A program made the position numbers and the translations under genes. A DNA stretch of 64,000 nt from Bugula neritina (lineage: Eukaryota; Animalia; Bryozoa). Where the stretch lies: positions 14,383,133-14,447,132 of the forward strand of contig OZ037771.1 of NCBI GenBank assembly GCA_964035545.1, in the 5' to 3' direction. The notes under the pieces are model-generated. The model was not told the DNA's origin. It did no database searches and was given only the letters and a program-made list of their open reading frames with translations. Below are positions 11,879 to 26,818 of this stretch, in pieces. Each line of letters begins with the position of its first letter. Positions within the stretch are counted from its first letter, which is position 1.

Positions 11879-12939
11879 TAGGATGTATAAAAGTTTCTAA
11901 ACGGATTAAAATAAAAAAAAAATCAATTAACGAATCAAGCAAGGAAATTATGTTTAAAGTCTAAACTAAGCATGTGGCAATTTAGAATAATTTCTTAATA
12001 AAAATATCAACAACTTGAAACAATACTGAGTAATAACTGTAATAAAAATTCTCTATAAAGATGGTTTTTAATTGTTAAAAAGATGTGAATAAATGAAATG
12101 AAACCAGCAGCTAAATTTATAATGATTAGAACTTCAATTCTGTTTTATTATGGGAGCCTATATGATGTAATGTGTATTATAAAATATTTAGCTACTGTCA
12201 CTGTGACTAATTTAATCAAAATTAAAATCAGACTAATTTAATCAAAATTAAAATCAAAACGACTTTGTAGAACTACATGTTTACACGTTAATAGCCATAA
12301 CGGTTCTGAAGATATTTCAAGGGGCTTTTAGTTATACATAATAAAAAGAAAAATCACTATACCACACATACTAATTATCAGTATTAGTTTAAGTACTTAA
12401 AAGAAATAATACTGGACTGATAACAATAATAATTGTATTCCTGGTTTTTATGATCATTATCATCATAATAAAATAATTAATGATAATTAAATATGAATTT
12501 TATTTTAATTTCTAATGCTAATCTGTTTAGCATTAGCACTTTTATGTAAATAATTTTAAAATGTGATTCAACAAATAGTTATAGCTGCAATAGTACAGAC
12601 TAGCATTTGACTTTTTGCATCAATATGATTATGAATATTCATATTCATATTAAGGTCAGAATAATTCAACCATGATCACCGTAATCATGATGATACTGAT
12701 ACTCATACTGATAGTGATTCAGATTAGCTTATTTTGATTTTTAAATTACATTGTCAACCATGTAAATTTAAACCGTTTTGTTACTATACATAAATATATG
12801 TATTAACAAATTTTACTTTTAAATAATATGATGCACGCTACTGATCTTGAAAGCTTAAATAATTTATAAGATTTTTGACGCACTCGTTAATAGTACTACT
12901 ACTACTAATAGTGACTCGCAAAAACTCCAAGCGCATGAA

Positions 12940-13105
12940 CTTTCACCTAGGCAAGCAATAGCCTAGCAACGATGAAAAGGTGGGTAAAACGTCACGATAT
13001 TATGCGCAAATACTGCCGACATTGAACTTGCTCTTTGCAACAAGAGAAAATAAACATAATAGCGCGGGTACTTTTAATGCGCTCTACCGCCTCACGGGCG
13101 CGTTA
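12940..13105. promoter_or_regulatory. Probable ARMC3 promoter / non-coding first exon region with an X-box-like half site
   Basis: Local CpG-richer island. atagcctagcaac (12958-12970) resembles an RFX X-box, and there is a minus-strand donor-like gtgaaa at 12946. The ARMC3 ATG exon has its own acceptor at 11897-11898, implying an upstream non-coding exon. Confidence 0.45.
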
Positions 13106-14066
13106 TATTTTAAGCCTCAATAATTTATTTTAGTCACTAGTATGTGTAAATATTTATGAAAGATTGAAAGTTTGGCTGTTCCTTGCTCAGATTTGTAAAA
13201 CTGCACTACTTTGACTTTTAACATTGTGTTTTTTAAAAGATGACTAAATATTATTATCATTATGTTCACTCAAGTGACAAACCTAACTCTTGTAATGCGA
13301 ATATGTAATTGGTCATCCACCATTATTATTATTATTCAAGTGCATGGTGTTTCACTACCATTATTTACTGATCACATTTTATGCCGATAAAATAATGTTG
13401 TAAATCTAAGTATGCCAAAATAATTTTTGTTGAAAAAAAATTGAATGTATGATTTAAACTCTGGGTTTATTAATTCAATCCAGTTATGGTTTAGTCATAT
13501 GAATAGCCCACCTATTTGATACTTTTGTTGATATAAACTTGTATTATACAGTATGAAACCGTCACTTTTAAAAAATGCATAAAAAGTTGAATGAGCCTAT
13601 TAGACTAGACATGGCAAACACTGATTGCATGGATCAATTTATGGAAAATGAAAATCAATATTTATAAACTTTGTAATAGTTTGAAGTTATCTTTTCTATT
13701 GCATTAATCTTCTGCCTTATTTCCTAAGACTAGATTTGGCAATACAATCCATTTTTAACGGATTTTTAGAATTGTAAGCTAATTGTGTTCTATTCTTATC
13801 CAATTATTCATTTGAATTGGTTAGCAAACATTTTGTAGCCTGTCACATTATTTACAGAACTAATTGCTAAGCTTCTCAACATTCAGCATTTTAGTCAGGC
13901 TGTTTCATGTAGGGGAGTTATCTGCTAATGAAAATTTTTATTTCTTTCTTTTTACAGAATTTATATGAACTTTTTGATATGCTGACTAATAAAGACCTAC
14001 ATATTTAGTTTTAGTACACAAAGTTATACTTATATAGCACAGTTTATGAGTTAAGAGTTATATCAA

Positions 14067-14068
14067 CA

Positions 14069-14124
<56 letters not shown>

Positions 14125-14142
14125 CGAACGCACACACACACA
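14067..14142. repeat. (GCAC)n/(CA)n microsatellite
   Basis: Visible run. Confidence 0.95.
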
Positions 14143-17100
14143 TATGGAATATCTTAATATTTTCAAAAAGGTATTTTGGTAAAACATAAATTCATTTTCA
14201 TTAACAAAAAATGTGATGGAAAATATTTTAAAATAATTTTAAAATAACTTTACATATTATAGTTGACTGTAGTATTTTAAACATTTTAGAAAGAGGGTCA
14301 ACTTAATACCTATACAAAGCTGACACAGTGAAAAATAAAAATTGCTAAATGAACAAACTTTATTGAAATATGTAAATGAGCTTTAAGTTAATCAATGTAA
14401 GCAGCGTTTAGTCTCAATTAACATCTAACTTAGTATACCTGTTGTTTCAGAAAATCTTCTTTCTACAACAGCAATAAGTAACAACTGTGTTTGAATTCAA
14501 AACTATATTTCCTGCTTTCTTCCAATGGCAAGTTTTAGAGAAAATAATTGGCTAAACGAACTTTGTCACTGGAGCTATGCATGCATGTTCTACAACTTGA
14601 AAAAATCTTTTGTGCAAACACTTAGTTGTAGTTTTGATTTATAATTTGTGGTGAATTCTAACTCCAAGTCTAGATTCATAAACTTGATATTAAAATAGTG
14701 AGCAACTCTAAAGCTGTTGCACTTGCGCAATAGAAAGACACACAATGCTATTCTGCAATTTAAAAAATCAATAATTAGTCTGATGTCCGATTGCAAGGAA
14801 ATTTCGAATTTTCTAACCATAGCAGCTTGTGTAACATAGTGTAGTTGGCCATGTTTGCTATTTCAATTATCCGGTGCTAATTTATCACCATGGAAACACC
14901 TCTACTCCACGAAATCCAACACCAAGCAAACCAAGCTGTTAGTATTCACATCAAATAACTTGTAAATACTTAATATTCACAGTATTGATTAAAATTGGCA
15001 GCCGCCTTTCTATAGTCAAATAGTTAACTGATTATTTTCACTTAGTGCATCCCCTTTCACTCCTCACTTCTATACAAAGTCAACACAGTCTTCTCAAACA
15101 ATGCATATAATTAGTCTCTGTGTTATTATTTACATAGCTGACTCACAACAATTCTAACCATGGAATGGAAGTTAAAGAACAGCGTGATTTCTCTGTTAGT
15201 GGCTGTTATGTCAGCAAGTGTTTAATAGTTTGATGATTAGTGAAGATATACAGCTTTCATCTAACATTGTCATTCTAGAGTGGGTTTGTATTGACATAAT
15301 ATTAGTGGCTGGAAGCCCAGTGTGTTTCAATGTTAGAAAACTTGAGGTTTACAAGGAGGCAGTCAAGTGTTTGTGCTTAGTGAATTATGGATTGAACTAT
15401 TGAACTGCTGTAGTAGAACAGTCAGCACGTTGTGTATTTCACTGACTGTAACTGTATATGAGGTGTGTACTGAAGGTGCACACTAAACTAATCTGCAGGT
15501 TTATTGTAAGTTCAGTTGCAAGGATTAGAAATATCTGGTAGTTGTTGAGCATTCTTGGACTGTACACATTGTGACTGGAAGTTCTGTATAAGATGGTACT
15601 ATAACTGTGAATGCTTAGTATCTTCTAAACTAGGTCTGTACAATATTTATTATATTTACTTGCTTTATTTAAAATAAATAATCAAGATCCAAATTTATAT
15701 TGTGTTTGAACTATTAATTAATGCCAAAAACTTGTAGTTAAAACACTTGAAGCTGCTTTCAAATTATTTGTAGACTTGAAAATAGCAAATTTGGTTTATT
15801 TTAGATGACATTGATTAGTGAAAATTTTCAAAACTTTGATAAAATGAAAAATAAAATCAAAATTTTAATATAAGCTTTTTTTGGAATTTTAAGAATTCTA
15901 GTAATTGTAGATATCAACTAAAAATATTGTAAACAGGAATGTTACAGAATAATTTAAAATATTTTCACAATTTGGAATTTTGATTAACAAGTTGGGGCTA
16001 TTTAATTAAACTACTAGAAATAATAATCTATTTTTTACACTAATAATAGTTATATAGCATATAGTTAGAAAATACTAGTTGTTGGTTTGCATACTGAAGT
16101 AGCAACTAGCAATGTCAAGGGCAATGCATTATCTAAAAACTCAAACTGAATCTCTGGTAAGTTGCTGGATAACTACCTGTAGCGTCAACACAACCTTTGG
16201 CCACAGGAAGTGTAGTTGTTATATAAATAATAAAGTTAAGTTGAAAATAGGACAGGTTTTTGATATTAAAAAACTTGATTGACCTTGAAAAAGCTGTGAC
16301 ATCCTAAATTTGCATAGCTTTAACTTGTATTGCAAGTTTAGTCGGAAATTAATTTTTTTGTATCAAAAATTTAAGCAAGGAAGTTTTTATTGTTTAAAAT
16401 TTGCTTTTTTGGGCCTAATTAAACTCCGACTTTTGATGGCATCTCAAGAAAGGTGACTAAAGCCCAACTATCACAAATTTCTATGATTTAAAAAGCTCAT
16501 GTTTAAGGAAAGAAAAGTGTTGATGAATGTATAACATAAAATGAAATGAAATTTCTGCCATCAAAGTATTTTCATTTTCATGCATAGTAGAGTATATGGA
16601 GTACATGTTTACAGTGTCTAGGGCAAATGCACTATGCATTAATTAATATTGTTTATAGCTTAGTAATGATACAATAGAAGTGCTGGTTGTTTATGGAATC
16701 TGACAGAAGGCCTTCAAGTTTAATTTATTGTAGTTAGCTCTTAGCACTTCTTAGTATTCAGTATTAGTGCCAGCTATGTTCAGAAGATATGTAAGGCATC
16801 ATTGTAGAATACTAGCTTCTGATTGGACAACTATTGGCACTAGATTCATGACAATTACCTTGTGACACTTTTAACTTTTGCTAAAACCTAAATATCTCTT
16901 CATGATATTTTAGTTTATAATTCAAATTGAGATTTGTTCTTTTCCCTTATTTGGTAGAAACTACATGGATGCAAATTTACTGTATAGTTTTAGATATTTC
17001 TTTGTTTGCCATTTGCATACTTTCACTTTAATTTATGCTTTAACTTCCATAATACAATTTTTATAACCCCAGATTCCAGTAGCAAACTAACACAACTAAT

Positions 17101-18249
17101 TTCATCTTCCTAGGTTTCCTATAATAAACTTCCCTATGTTTAGATGAACGAATTTTCCAACTAGCTGACACAAAAGCATATTGTGTTGGGCAGTTTTGTA
17201 CTATATATAGTTTTATCTAAGAGGGCAGGCGGGCGTTTGAGCATATTTGTTTCGCATAGGCTGAAGGGCTTTTTTCTGCATTTCTATCTTTGCTTGTAAT
17301 ATGTTTTACTTCAAAAGATAACTTGTATATGCTAATTTCATTACTTCCCCCACACCCACCCAAAGGCGTTGAAACTTTGGCAGTATGATGCCGTGCTACG
17401 TTGTTTCCCCACGTTGCCTTTTAATGCTCAGTATAGCTGGTAGTGGTTTTCTTTTGCTTTAATCTCTAAAATTTTGGTTTTATATGCAAAATTTGAATGC
17501 TATAGGAGCTTTAGAATATGTTCTAAAGTTTATTTTTGATGTATTATCAGGTTCTCAGTCTAGATATGTTGACATCTCATGCTATTCTCAGTAGTATAAA
17601 TAAACTTGCTTCACCCAGTTCAATGAGTACAATACTAGCTATAAAAATATCTCTTCAAATATACGTTAGTGTGCAAAGATAACTTTGTCTGCCCTCCTTA
17701 AGAATCTTAAGCCTGTACAAGTTACTGGGTGTGTGTTTATACTTATGGTAATTGTATTATATGTATTAGTATAATTAGTTGTAATTGTGTCCACATTGTG
17801 ATGTTGTATTAATCTATTACCTTCTAATAACATGATATAGGAAGCCACTGGCTGGTAAGGTGTGTGCTATGAGCTACAACCCAGCTACAAGCTGGTAGCT
17901 GGAATATATTTAGTTACTGATATCCAGTGGAAGAAGCACAAAATATTTACATGGAAAAATTATTATAATTTACTTCACAAAATGCTATATAATATTATAT
18001 TAATAAATAATAGAGTTTATAGAATACTACATGTGACTACTACACAAAAAAGTAATAGAATTTATATAATATGTGAACTTTAAAACACAATTTAATAGTA
18101 ATTCATAGTTTAATGTCCTTTGATGCAATGTTTTTCAATTAAAAATATGGATTCTTTATATCAATTAGCACAGCTTATTAGTGTCTAACATATTTTCTTT
18201 ATTTGTTACTGGAAGGGTGCCTTTCTGTTATAGGTGTTGATGCGAAGAT

Positions 18250-21200
18250 ATGATGAGGGATGAGTCTTCTGGATCCCAGGCTTCAGTCAGTCAGGATACT
18301 GAGGCTAAAATCTGTCAAGTTTTCCTCCCATCTTATTCAGGTGAGTTTCTTACTATTATGACTTGCACTAGCTACTAGTATGACTTATACTAACTACTAG
18401 TATGATTAATACTAACTAGTGCTGTGACTAATACTAGTAGTTAGTATGACTAATACTAGTAGTTAGTATGACTTATATACTAACTACTAGTATGATTAAT
18501 ACTAACTACTGGAACTGCTAATATTACTAATGATGATTACTGCTATTACTAATACTAACTACTGCTATTACTAATACTAACTAGTGCTATTTCCATTGAC
18601 TGGCAAGCTACTGATACAACTGGTACTATTAGTTGACCATATCTTACGCTTGGTCTGGTATAGCCAAAGGGGGAGAGGGTTGAGTGATTGGGAGGGGGGA
18701 GGGTTGGGGGATGAGGGTATTGAGAGTTATGTAATGAGTCTCAGTTTTTAGTCAGCTTTAAAGTGGCCCTCTTTGTTTCTAACTGCTGCCATGCGCTGTT
18801 GGTAATTAGCCAATCAGTGAACAGTTATAAATCATATCTCAGACAGATTTCTGTGAAACACACTCCGAGCTGCTTCATCTGGCAGCGGTATTTTCAGAGT
18901 TTATTAACCCCAAAGCACGTGTTTATGTTTGTTTAATATGTACTTAATTGGGCTGCCAGCATAATGAGGGATATCTGCATGTGTGCTATTTGGTTGTGCA
19001 AATAAATAAGAAATTAAAAGAAAGGAAAATATTTTGTACACTCCAGTAAAGCTTTCTACTGACTACTGGGCTACTGAATAAAGCCATAGAAATTATTTCT
19101 TAGCTTTATGCATTTTCTTTTTATGGTAGGCAGAGTGGGTACTATGCATACTAGCTAGAGTTGACAATATATACCAGCTCAAGTTAGCATTATATATACT
19201 AGAGTTGGTTGAATTTTGGTTTGGTGTGTGACTTGAAAGCTTATAGTGCTACTACTAATACTAATACTAATAATACTAGTACTAGTACCACTGCTACTAG
19301 TGCTTATAGTTCTACTTCTAATACTACTAGATACTATATATTATAGTACTATTGCTACTGCTACAACTGGTGCCACTACTTTTATTACCACTACTGAAAT
19401 GTAAATTATATTAGCTGTATTAGGATGTTACAAACTCAACTCATCAATTAACAGCTCCCAATAACGCAGCTTATTTGTATTGACAGTTTATAGTAAGTGG
19501 ACATAATATGCAGTTATAATATATTGGAAACATGCATAAACCATATTGAAAATTTATATGTCACATTAAAAACTATAAAATATATCGAAAAACATATTAG
19601 TGTTATATATTAAAAACATATAGTATATTGGAAAGCGCTTAGCAAGTAACAAAAATGTGATGGTTTCGAAAAATAGTTTATTTTGTGAAAAACATGATTA
19701 AACTTCTTGGAATGTTGTGAAGCCATCGTTCATTATCTTGTGTGACATATTAATTTTTATTACATCATCAAAGTTGTCTTTTCAGCAGCGACTGGCAGCT
19801 CCAGAAAGCCTCAATCCTCACGAACTGGTTATCAAGGGACTGGTGCTTTGAAAAACAGTTCTAAACTTGCGAATGCTTCAAGAAACAACTCTAAGTTGAT
19901 TACGCAAAGTAAGAAACATCCATCATCCTCAACGATCTCTCCAGGAAGTACTAGCTCTACTTTGATCTCTACACCGAGTCCTAGAAAGTCTGTTAGATCT
20001 CTCGCACTCAGTCGAAGTCCAAAGATTGTAAACGTCACCCCATTGAAAAGCACTTTGAAGTATCCAGGTAACATTGGCTTGTTCTTTATTTCTATGGTTC
20101 TTTGAGTTAAGAATATTTCTAAATTAAAGTTGGAATTTAAATCCATGAAGTTTCAAAACTATTTAGTGCTGAATTCATAATGTTCAAATTTCTACTCCGT
20201 CTATATTACTTATTAGGCAGTTTTGAGCAGTCTCATTTTTAATCATTGACAGTCTTCAATGGCATGACCTTCTTCATGTTATGTTATGTGAAATGCATGT
20301 GACTTGAGAATGGTGTAGTTCATGGTCTCCCATTTTTTCAGTAGGTATAGTCAAACATGACTTCTCAAGAAATTGAAAGAATTGTTTGAAATCCATTGAA
20401 ATTTGAATGTTGCATCTAAAAACTATTTTTATGTGGAAAATAATGAAAAGTGGGGTTCACTTTTTGTTATGAAATATTTCTAGCGTTTGAAACTACTAAG
20501 TTTTACTTTGTGTGTATTTCAGTTCATACTGCTACCCTGTCAGATGCCTTCAGCTTGAACATCAACTCACCAGGTCAGTCCTGGAGCTTTTACAGCTTTC
20601 ATGTTTACGTCAATTAGTTTTAGAGTTGTCATTCCACTTTCATGGTGAAAATAAATCAAACTGGGATACGAATAAAATAGCGGTAACAGAATGATATTCA
20701 GTTATAACATCACTCTGAAATACAGCTATAGAAATATTTTAATAGAAGTTGCTAATATAAATTGCCCAACCTTAACTTTCAAATGCTCCCCAAAAATTAT
20801 TTTAAAATATTCATTATGTAAACTAATATGAGAGTAGCTACTAGACAAGGTAGAAATGATGGTCAACAGACTAGACTTTCTACATTTAACATCTTATTTC
20901 ATGTCGCTAAACTTGCTGTGTGAAGTTGTCTTTCCTTGTGTACTATTAGGAATTTAACTTATATATATCTTGTTTGCTTTTTCATTTATCCCTTCAATTT
21001 GTTTGGGTAAATCGAATTCAGTTGTGCCTAAATCTAACAATAACAAAAATGTTGGCAAATCAATTTTTTTTACACATATACTTTAATATAACTATAGTAT
21101 GTTAAATGTATGCTAGCAACATAGCCACACATCAAACCTAAGACGATTCACTTTGTTCAGGTGTGAAAGCTGCAAGTACAAACAGCGTCAAAAACCGTAC

Positions 21201-21974
21201 AGGCAGTTCTCAGTCTATATCTGCATCCGGTGGGGCTGTTAACAGATACTTGGTTACCGTACCAAACCTCAGACTGGCTGTAAGATCAGAGGGAGATCTA
21301 TACAACCACCCGTACTACTACTCTCAAAAACATGTGGCTAAGGCTAAAAGTCGTAACCGCTGGTCACTGCTTCCTGTACTATCTCACACCGCTGAGGGGT
21401 TCGGCTCATTCAACGGCTCAAGTGGGCATAACTCCAAACATCTGTTTGAAGAGTTCACTCGCAAAGGAAGTTCAAGTCATCTTGGTAAAGACTATGAAAC
21501 AGATGAGGATGTGTTGCAGGTTTTGTTCGAGGACCCGGAGTACCCCTCCCCTACTCAGCAGAAAAAGTTAGTTCCCCCTATATGTTATTTTCCAATGAAG
21601 TTTAAAAACATTCTTCAACTGTAGTTCTGCTTGTAATAAGATTAGTTCTAGCTTTCTACAATATACTGTATCAGAAACAGTTCCAGACCAAACCATGCTT
21701 GGCAAAAATTCATTTTAAAAAGTGCAGATAACTTCTCTTGTAAAGTAAGTGATTGTGAAAGATTTTCATGTTGCTAATAATAAGTCTTGCAACTTATTAC
21801 AGACTTGTCAGTAAGCCTCTAAAAAGTAACAGACCTGCCAAGTTACTTAATCGCAATCATTCTCAAAGGTATAAGAGACCTGCCAGAAATGCTAACAGCA
21901 AACACACTTTTCCACCGAGTCCAAGATTTCGAGTGAGGAAGAAACAAGTTTCATTCTTGCTACCGTATCGTCCA
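18250..21974 (+). CDS. Five-exon Ser/Lys/Arg-rich low-complexity N-terminal module ending at a phase-0 donor
   Basis: Exons 18250-18340 (MMRDESSGSQ..., phase 1), 19786-20067, 20523-20573, 21161-21566 (phase 2) and 21803-21974 (...FLLPYRP|gtgagt) join in one open frame with canonical splice sites. Confidence 0.7.
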
Positions 21975-22048
21975 GTGAGTAGCGATCTTCTTGTTTATAA
22001 TCTGGTGTATCAGTTATGGTCATAGTATATGTGACTGATAGCTATAGG

Positions 22049-22373
<325 letters not shown>

Positions 22374-23154
22374 ATATTTATGATATCATGTAATTAGAAA
22401 ATTAGTGTCAGCACTCATTCATTTTATTAAGTTAGATGTCCTAGTATTTTGTGTCATAATTAAACCAGTTCACTTATTTAGGAGCTGTTCTCTTTTTCAT
22501 AAATTAGGCTCCAAAATTCTTCTGTCCAACGTACCATCCTGTAATTTGACTGTAGTGTCGAATGTTTAAGACTAGCTGAGTCTTCTATTTGATTGGGTAG
22601 TGAGCCAATAGTCACTTTCTTACTGCCTCGAGTTATCAAATTCCGTGTGTGTCGTTAGATTCTATTTGCTGACATGTTACACAGAAAAATTTGCGTACGG
22701 TAGATTACACGGCTCACTGGAGTGAGAAGTTATGTATTACTTAGCCAAAGAGCAGGATAAGTTTAGAGTTGCTTTCTCTCTTAACTTCTCTAGATTGTGC
22801 AGTTGACCATACAGCCCTGTTATGCTACTTTTCGATATTTTGATTTTTAATGTTTTTTCAGAGCTACAACATTTGTTAGTTTAAGTAAAATAGAGATATG
22901 GTAAACTATTTCAATTACAAAATGAGGCTACTTTTTTTACTTTGTTTTTAAACATGGGGTGGGGATATTATGCTTGCACTAATTTGTCTTTGCAAATGTT
23001 TGCGTAACTTAGAAGTGGTTGGTGGAGTAGTGCAATTATTTAAGGTTTTAGTTAAAATAAAGGTTGCTGAAAAAGTACTTAGTATTGACTTCTCAGTGGT
23101 CTATGTTGAGTAAGGTGATAGTTTTGAAGGTATTTTGTCACAATCTATCAACCT

Positions 23155-23310
23155 TTGCCACCTGCTCTTAATTGCTGTCATTTTCTTCTGTCACTCTCTG
23201 TCACCTTCCGTCAATGTATGTCACTTTCTGTCACTTTCTGTCACTCTCCATCACCTTCTGTCACCTTCTGTCAATGTCTGTCACTCTCTGTCACTCCCTG
23301 TCACCTTCTC
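23155..23310. repeat. 10-bp tandem repeat (tcactctctg)
   Basis: Visible tandem units. Confidence 0.8.
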
Positions 23311-24687
23311 AAAGCACTTTTACTTTACTTTCGTAGAAAACTAGAGTTGTATTGATTCCAACCAGAATAATGCTTTGTATAAGTTAAACATGTTTCTAAA
23401 GTAACACACTTTTGCCACTCTATAACATGAAAGCTATAAACTTCTTATGGACAGAACACTTCAGTTAAAGATTTTGATCAATAGTTAATACATTGTTACA
23501 TTGAAAAGCTGTAGACATATTATATGTACTCTACTGTCCTTGTATAAATATATACACAGTATAGATATTATAATATCATTTGTCAGATAAATTTCTTATT
23601 ACTTGCATAATTTGAGTTATCTCCTCCCCACTCACTACAGAAACAAAACTTTTTTCATAATAAAATTACTAACAGGGAGTTATGTTCTCAACATAGTAAA
23701 ATTCACAAAGACGTTTCCCATGCATAAGAATTGCCTTCTCTCTACTCTAGAACCGGTAAATATGCTCTACAAATTTCACTCAATCAGCAACAGAACCTGG
23801 TGTTCTTTAATGCAGGCTTGTCAAGTAGTGTGCTTGAAATCATAAAGTAGTAAACAACAACATGAAATCATAAAAAACTGCAACTGGAGTTTCTAGAGCT
23901 TAGGCTAAGTGAATTTAGTCGGAGTTGTCGCCATCTGATAGCCTAAGTTTACTGATAATGTAAGCAAGCTATGCTACTCCACATTTCTCAATGTGATCTT
24001 TTGCACTAAAGTAATGAAAATAAAATGTTATGACATATTAATTAAAAAGCTGTCATTACAGCTTATAGGAGAGAATAAGATAGTATATAATAGTGCTTTT
24101 TAAGCAAGTGTAAATTATATGCACACTGCTATACAGCGAAATAAACCAAGTTTTAGTGACAGCAGAGTATAGTTTGTGGTCTACTTTTCATCACATGCAG
24201 TATAACCACCACATCTAATGTAATATTGATGTGTTTGATAAAGTAAATACATTTGTAGACAGTTGCCTAATGATATCTACCCTGCAAACATTAAGCTGCC
24301 AATTGTTGTTTAACTTTGGCAGCGTTAATTACTTTAAATGCTTTTGAATTATTTATTACTATTGAGTACAAAGTTAAGCAATTGCCTCCCTTGTTTAAAT
24401 GTTTGTACATCAAAATTCAAGAGGTCCTTTTCTTTGATATTTTCTGTTTTATAGAGATAAACAATCTAACCTATTATAAATGCTTTTTGCTACTTCATTT
24501 ACCCTTTACTTTTTCTATTTAGTAGCATTGGATAACACATTAACTCAATCAACTTGCAACAACTGTGGGTTGCAATTTTATTCAACTTTAAATAGTTATA
24601 ACTTAATTTGAAGTTTTTGCCTACATTTAAAATGCTATAAGTTATGCTGGAATCACAGTATATACTCTAAAAACGAGGGTGCTAAAG

Positions 24688-24723
24688 ATGTCTCCCACGA
24701 ATATACACAGATTGAGCAAGCTG
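24688..24723 (+). CDS. Candidate alternative first exon (MSPTNIHRLSKL)
   Basis: aaagATG...CTG|gtaaga; phase 0; short, so chance is not excluded. Confidence 0.35.
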
Positions 24724-25489
24724 GTAAGAAAATTAACTTAAGTTTCCACATCTGGTAGCCTTAGTATTTATAATTAGCTTAACTTCCAAGTCTTTACTGG
24801 TTTCTTTATGCTGACAAATTTAATAACATATGGGTATATTTTCTTTAATATTTTCTTTGTTTTTAAATTAGAATTACTTTCTAATTACAGTTTTCTAATT
24901 ACTAATCCGTGTAAGCTTTTACCTGCTCATTCAGACTGCTGTTGATAAGAAGCTGAAAGAGGCTGAGCATTGTGTGAAGTGTAACTTCATTATTTAGTAT
25001 AAGAATATGTTTACAAAGTTTGAATTTATATTTAATTAAATTTAGCGGAAAATTGATTTTACTAATTACCTCAGAGTTGAGCATATGCCAATTACCAGCA
25101 AGGTGATGTTGCATTTGGAATGAGTTTACTCTATTTTAAGATTGAAAATATTTTTGGATGGCAAATACCTTCTTTAAAATAACTTTCACCAATAATCAAT
25201 AGTAATTTAAATAGTGTTGGTCTATGTAAAGCCTGGCTAAGAATCTCTGAAATGTATGCAGACGTTTGCTGATAAATTCCAGTTTGTTGTTTGGAAATCT
25301 TCTGACTGTTGATTCTGTGGCCAGCAGTTGATTTCAAAAGAAACCTAATGTATAATTTTGCCTCTGCATTGTTCTTTTCAGTCACATGTCTATACATATT
25401 TCAGCTAAACATATTTTGTGTGTAAATTCTATAGTGAACCTAAAAAGTATTCTACCATTTAAATATATTGGGAGTCGCATAGTATCATG

Positions 25490-25503
25490 GTGGCCATGGT
25501 AAC
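25490..25503. promoter_or_regulatory. RFX X-box-like motif GTGGCCATGGTAAC
   Basis: Matches GTNRCC-AT-RGYAAC. Confidence 0.4.
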
Positions 25504-26522
25504 GATTGTATTTGGTGAAATTGAAAGTATTATGCAACATGAATATCTTAGAAATATATTATTTAAACTCACATAATACTTTACATTTACATGAAATTAG
25601 TTGGCCTATTTATGCCAAACTAATTTGTTAGGTAGCGCAAGAACTTATATAAATAAAAAATTAGAAAATGGTTTTCACTTGTGAAATTGAACAATTAAAT
25701 TTTTGAAAAATATTTTTGAGACTAAATCTGTAAGAAGTTTAACATCTTAAAATATGAGACAAGATCTTTTTTTTCTTAACTTGTCTCTTTTTACATGGAT
25801 TCTTACTTTTTAGCCTTTTTATCTTTTTTTACATCTTCTTATGCTTCATATCTCTTATCTCCCTCTACCTCTAACAGGTTTCCAATCAGCATGTATAGAT
25901 ATTATTCAAGACATTAAATAAATTTTATCTCTATCCATTTATAATAGCATTATGTAAGCAAAACTATTCTTCCTTGTAGCGTTGAAACAATTTTCATGTA
26001 CAGTGAGACATTATATGTATGCAGATTTTTACTAGTTGACCTAAAGATTGAATTATTTATACTTTTGTTATAACGCTGGTCAATAAATAATTTAAGGGTA
26101 TATTTGATTAGATCCATTGCATAGCAAATGTATAATTGTTAGTTTATAATTTAAGTCACATGGGTATACTAGATGATATTTGATCTTGGGAATATCTCTT
26201 GCACAAGTACCTGCGTATTCATGTCATCTTGTAAGTTTTATCTTCATCAGTTTGCTGTTAACTCCATCCTTCAAATCGCGGCGGCTTAGATTGTTCGAGT
26301 CACACAGAAGCTTTAGGCTTTACTTTCTTAGTATCGGATATCAGATTTTATTTAGGCGACTGTATTGATTAGTAGAGCCTGGCATTTCCTAGACATTGTA
26401 ACGGCACAGGTACTTTGGCAGCTGAATGTGACACAACGGCAGCATGTATAGCAGCTGAATTAGTATTGAAGCTCTGGCCATCAAAGCAACCGATTGCTTA
26501 AGTGTGTTTGTTGCTTCGAACA

Positions 26523-26818
26523 ATGGCCACGTCTTTTTTGGGCCATTTTCTAGGAGGGCCACTTGGCGGATGGGCAGGTATTGGTTGGAACACCAAACCC
26601 GTGTTTAAACCTAAAGAAAAAGTACGGCGCTCACGTTTTGCTTTCGGAGGGGTAAGGTTTCAAAGCGTATAAACATTGTAGTTGTCAAGTTTTTTATGTA
26701 CAAAAGTTACTATCACACGTATCTTTTTGTTTTATACATTTTTTGGCAAGAAGTTATGCTTTTCCTACTGCATGTTTCTTAGGCTCGTGGAGGAATTACT
26801 CGCAGGATGGTAAGAATG
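26523..26818 (+). CDS. Candidate alternative first-exon module (MATSFLGHFLGGPLGGWAGIGWNTKPVFKPKEKVRRSRFAFGG + ARGGITRRM[VRM])
   Basis: Exon 26523-26651 |gtaagg, phase 0; exon 26783-26809 or 26818 (tttcttag acceptor, tandem donors gtaaga/gtaagt), phase 0-0. Confidence 0.6.

Noticed and set aside
19832-20146. 104-aa minus-strand ORF
   Set aside because: Antisense shadow of the plus-strand exon 19786-20067.
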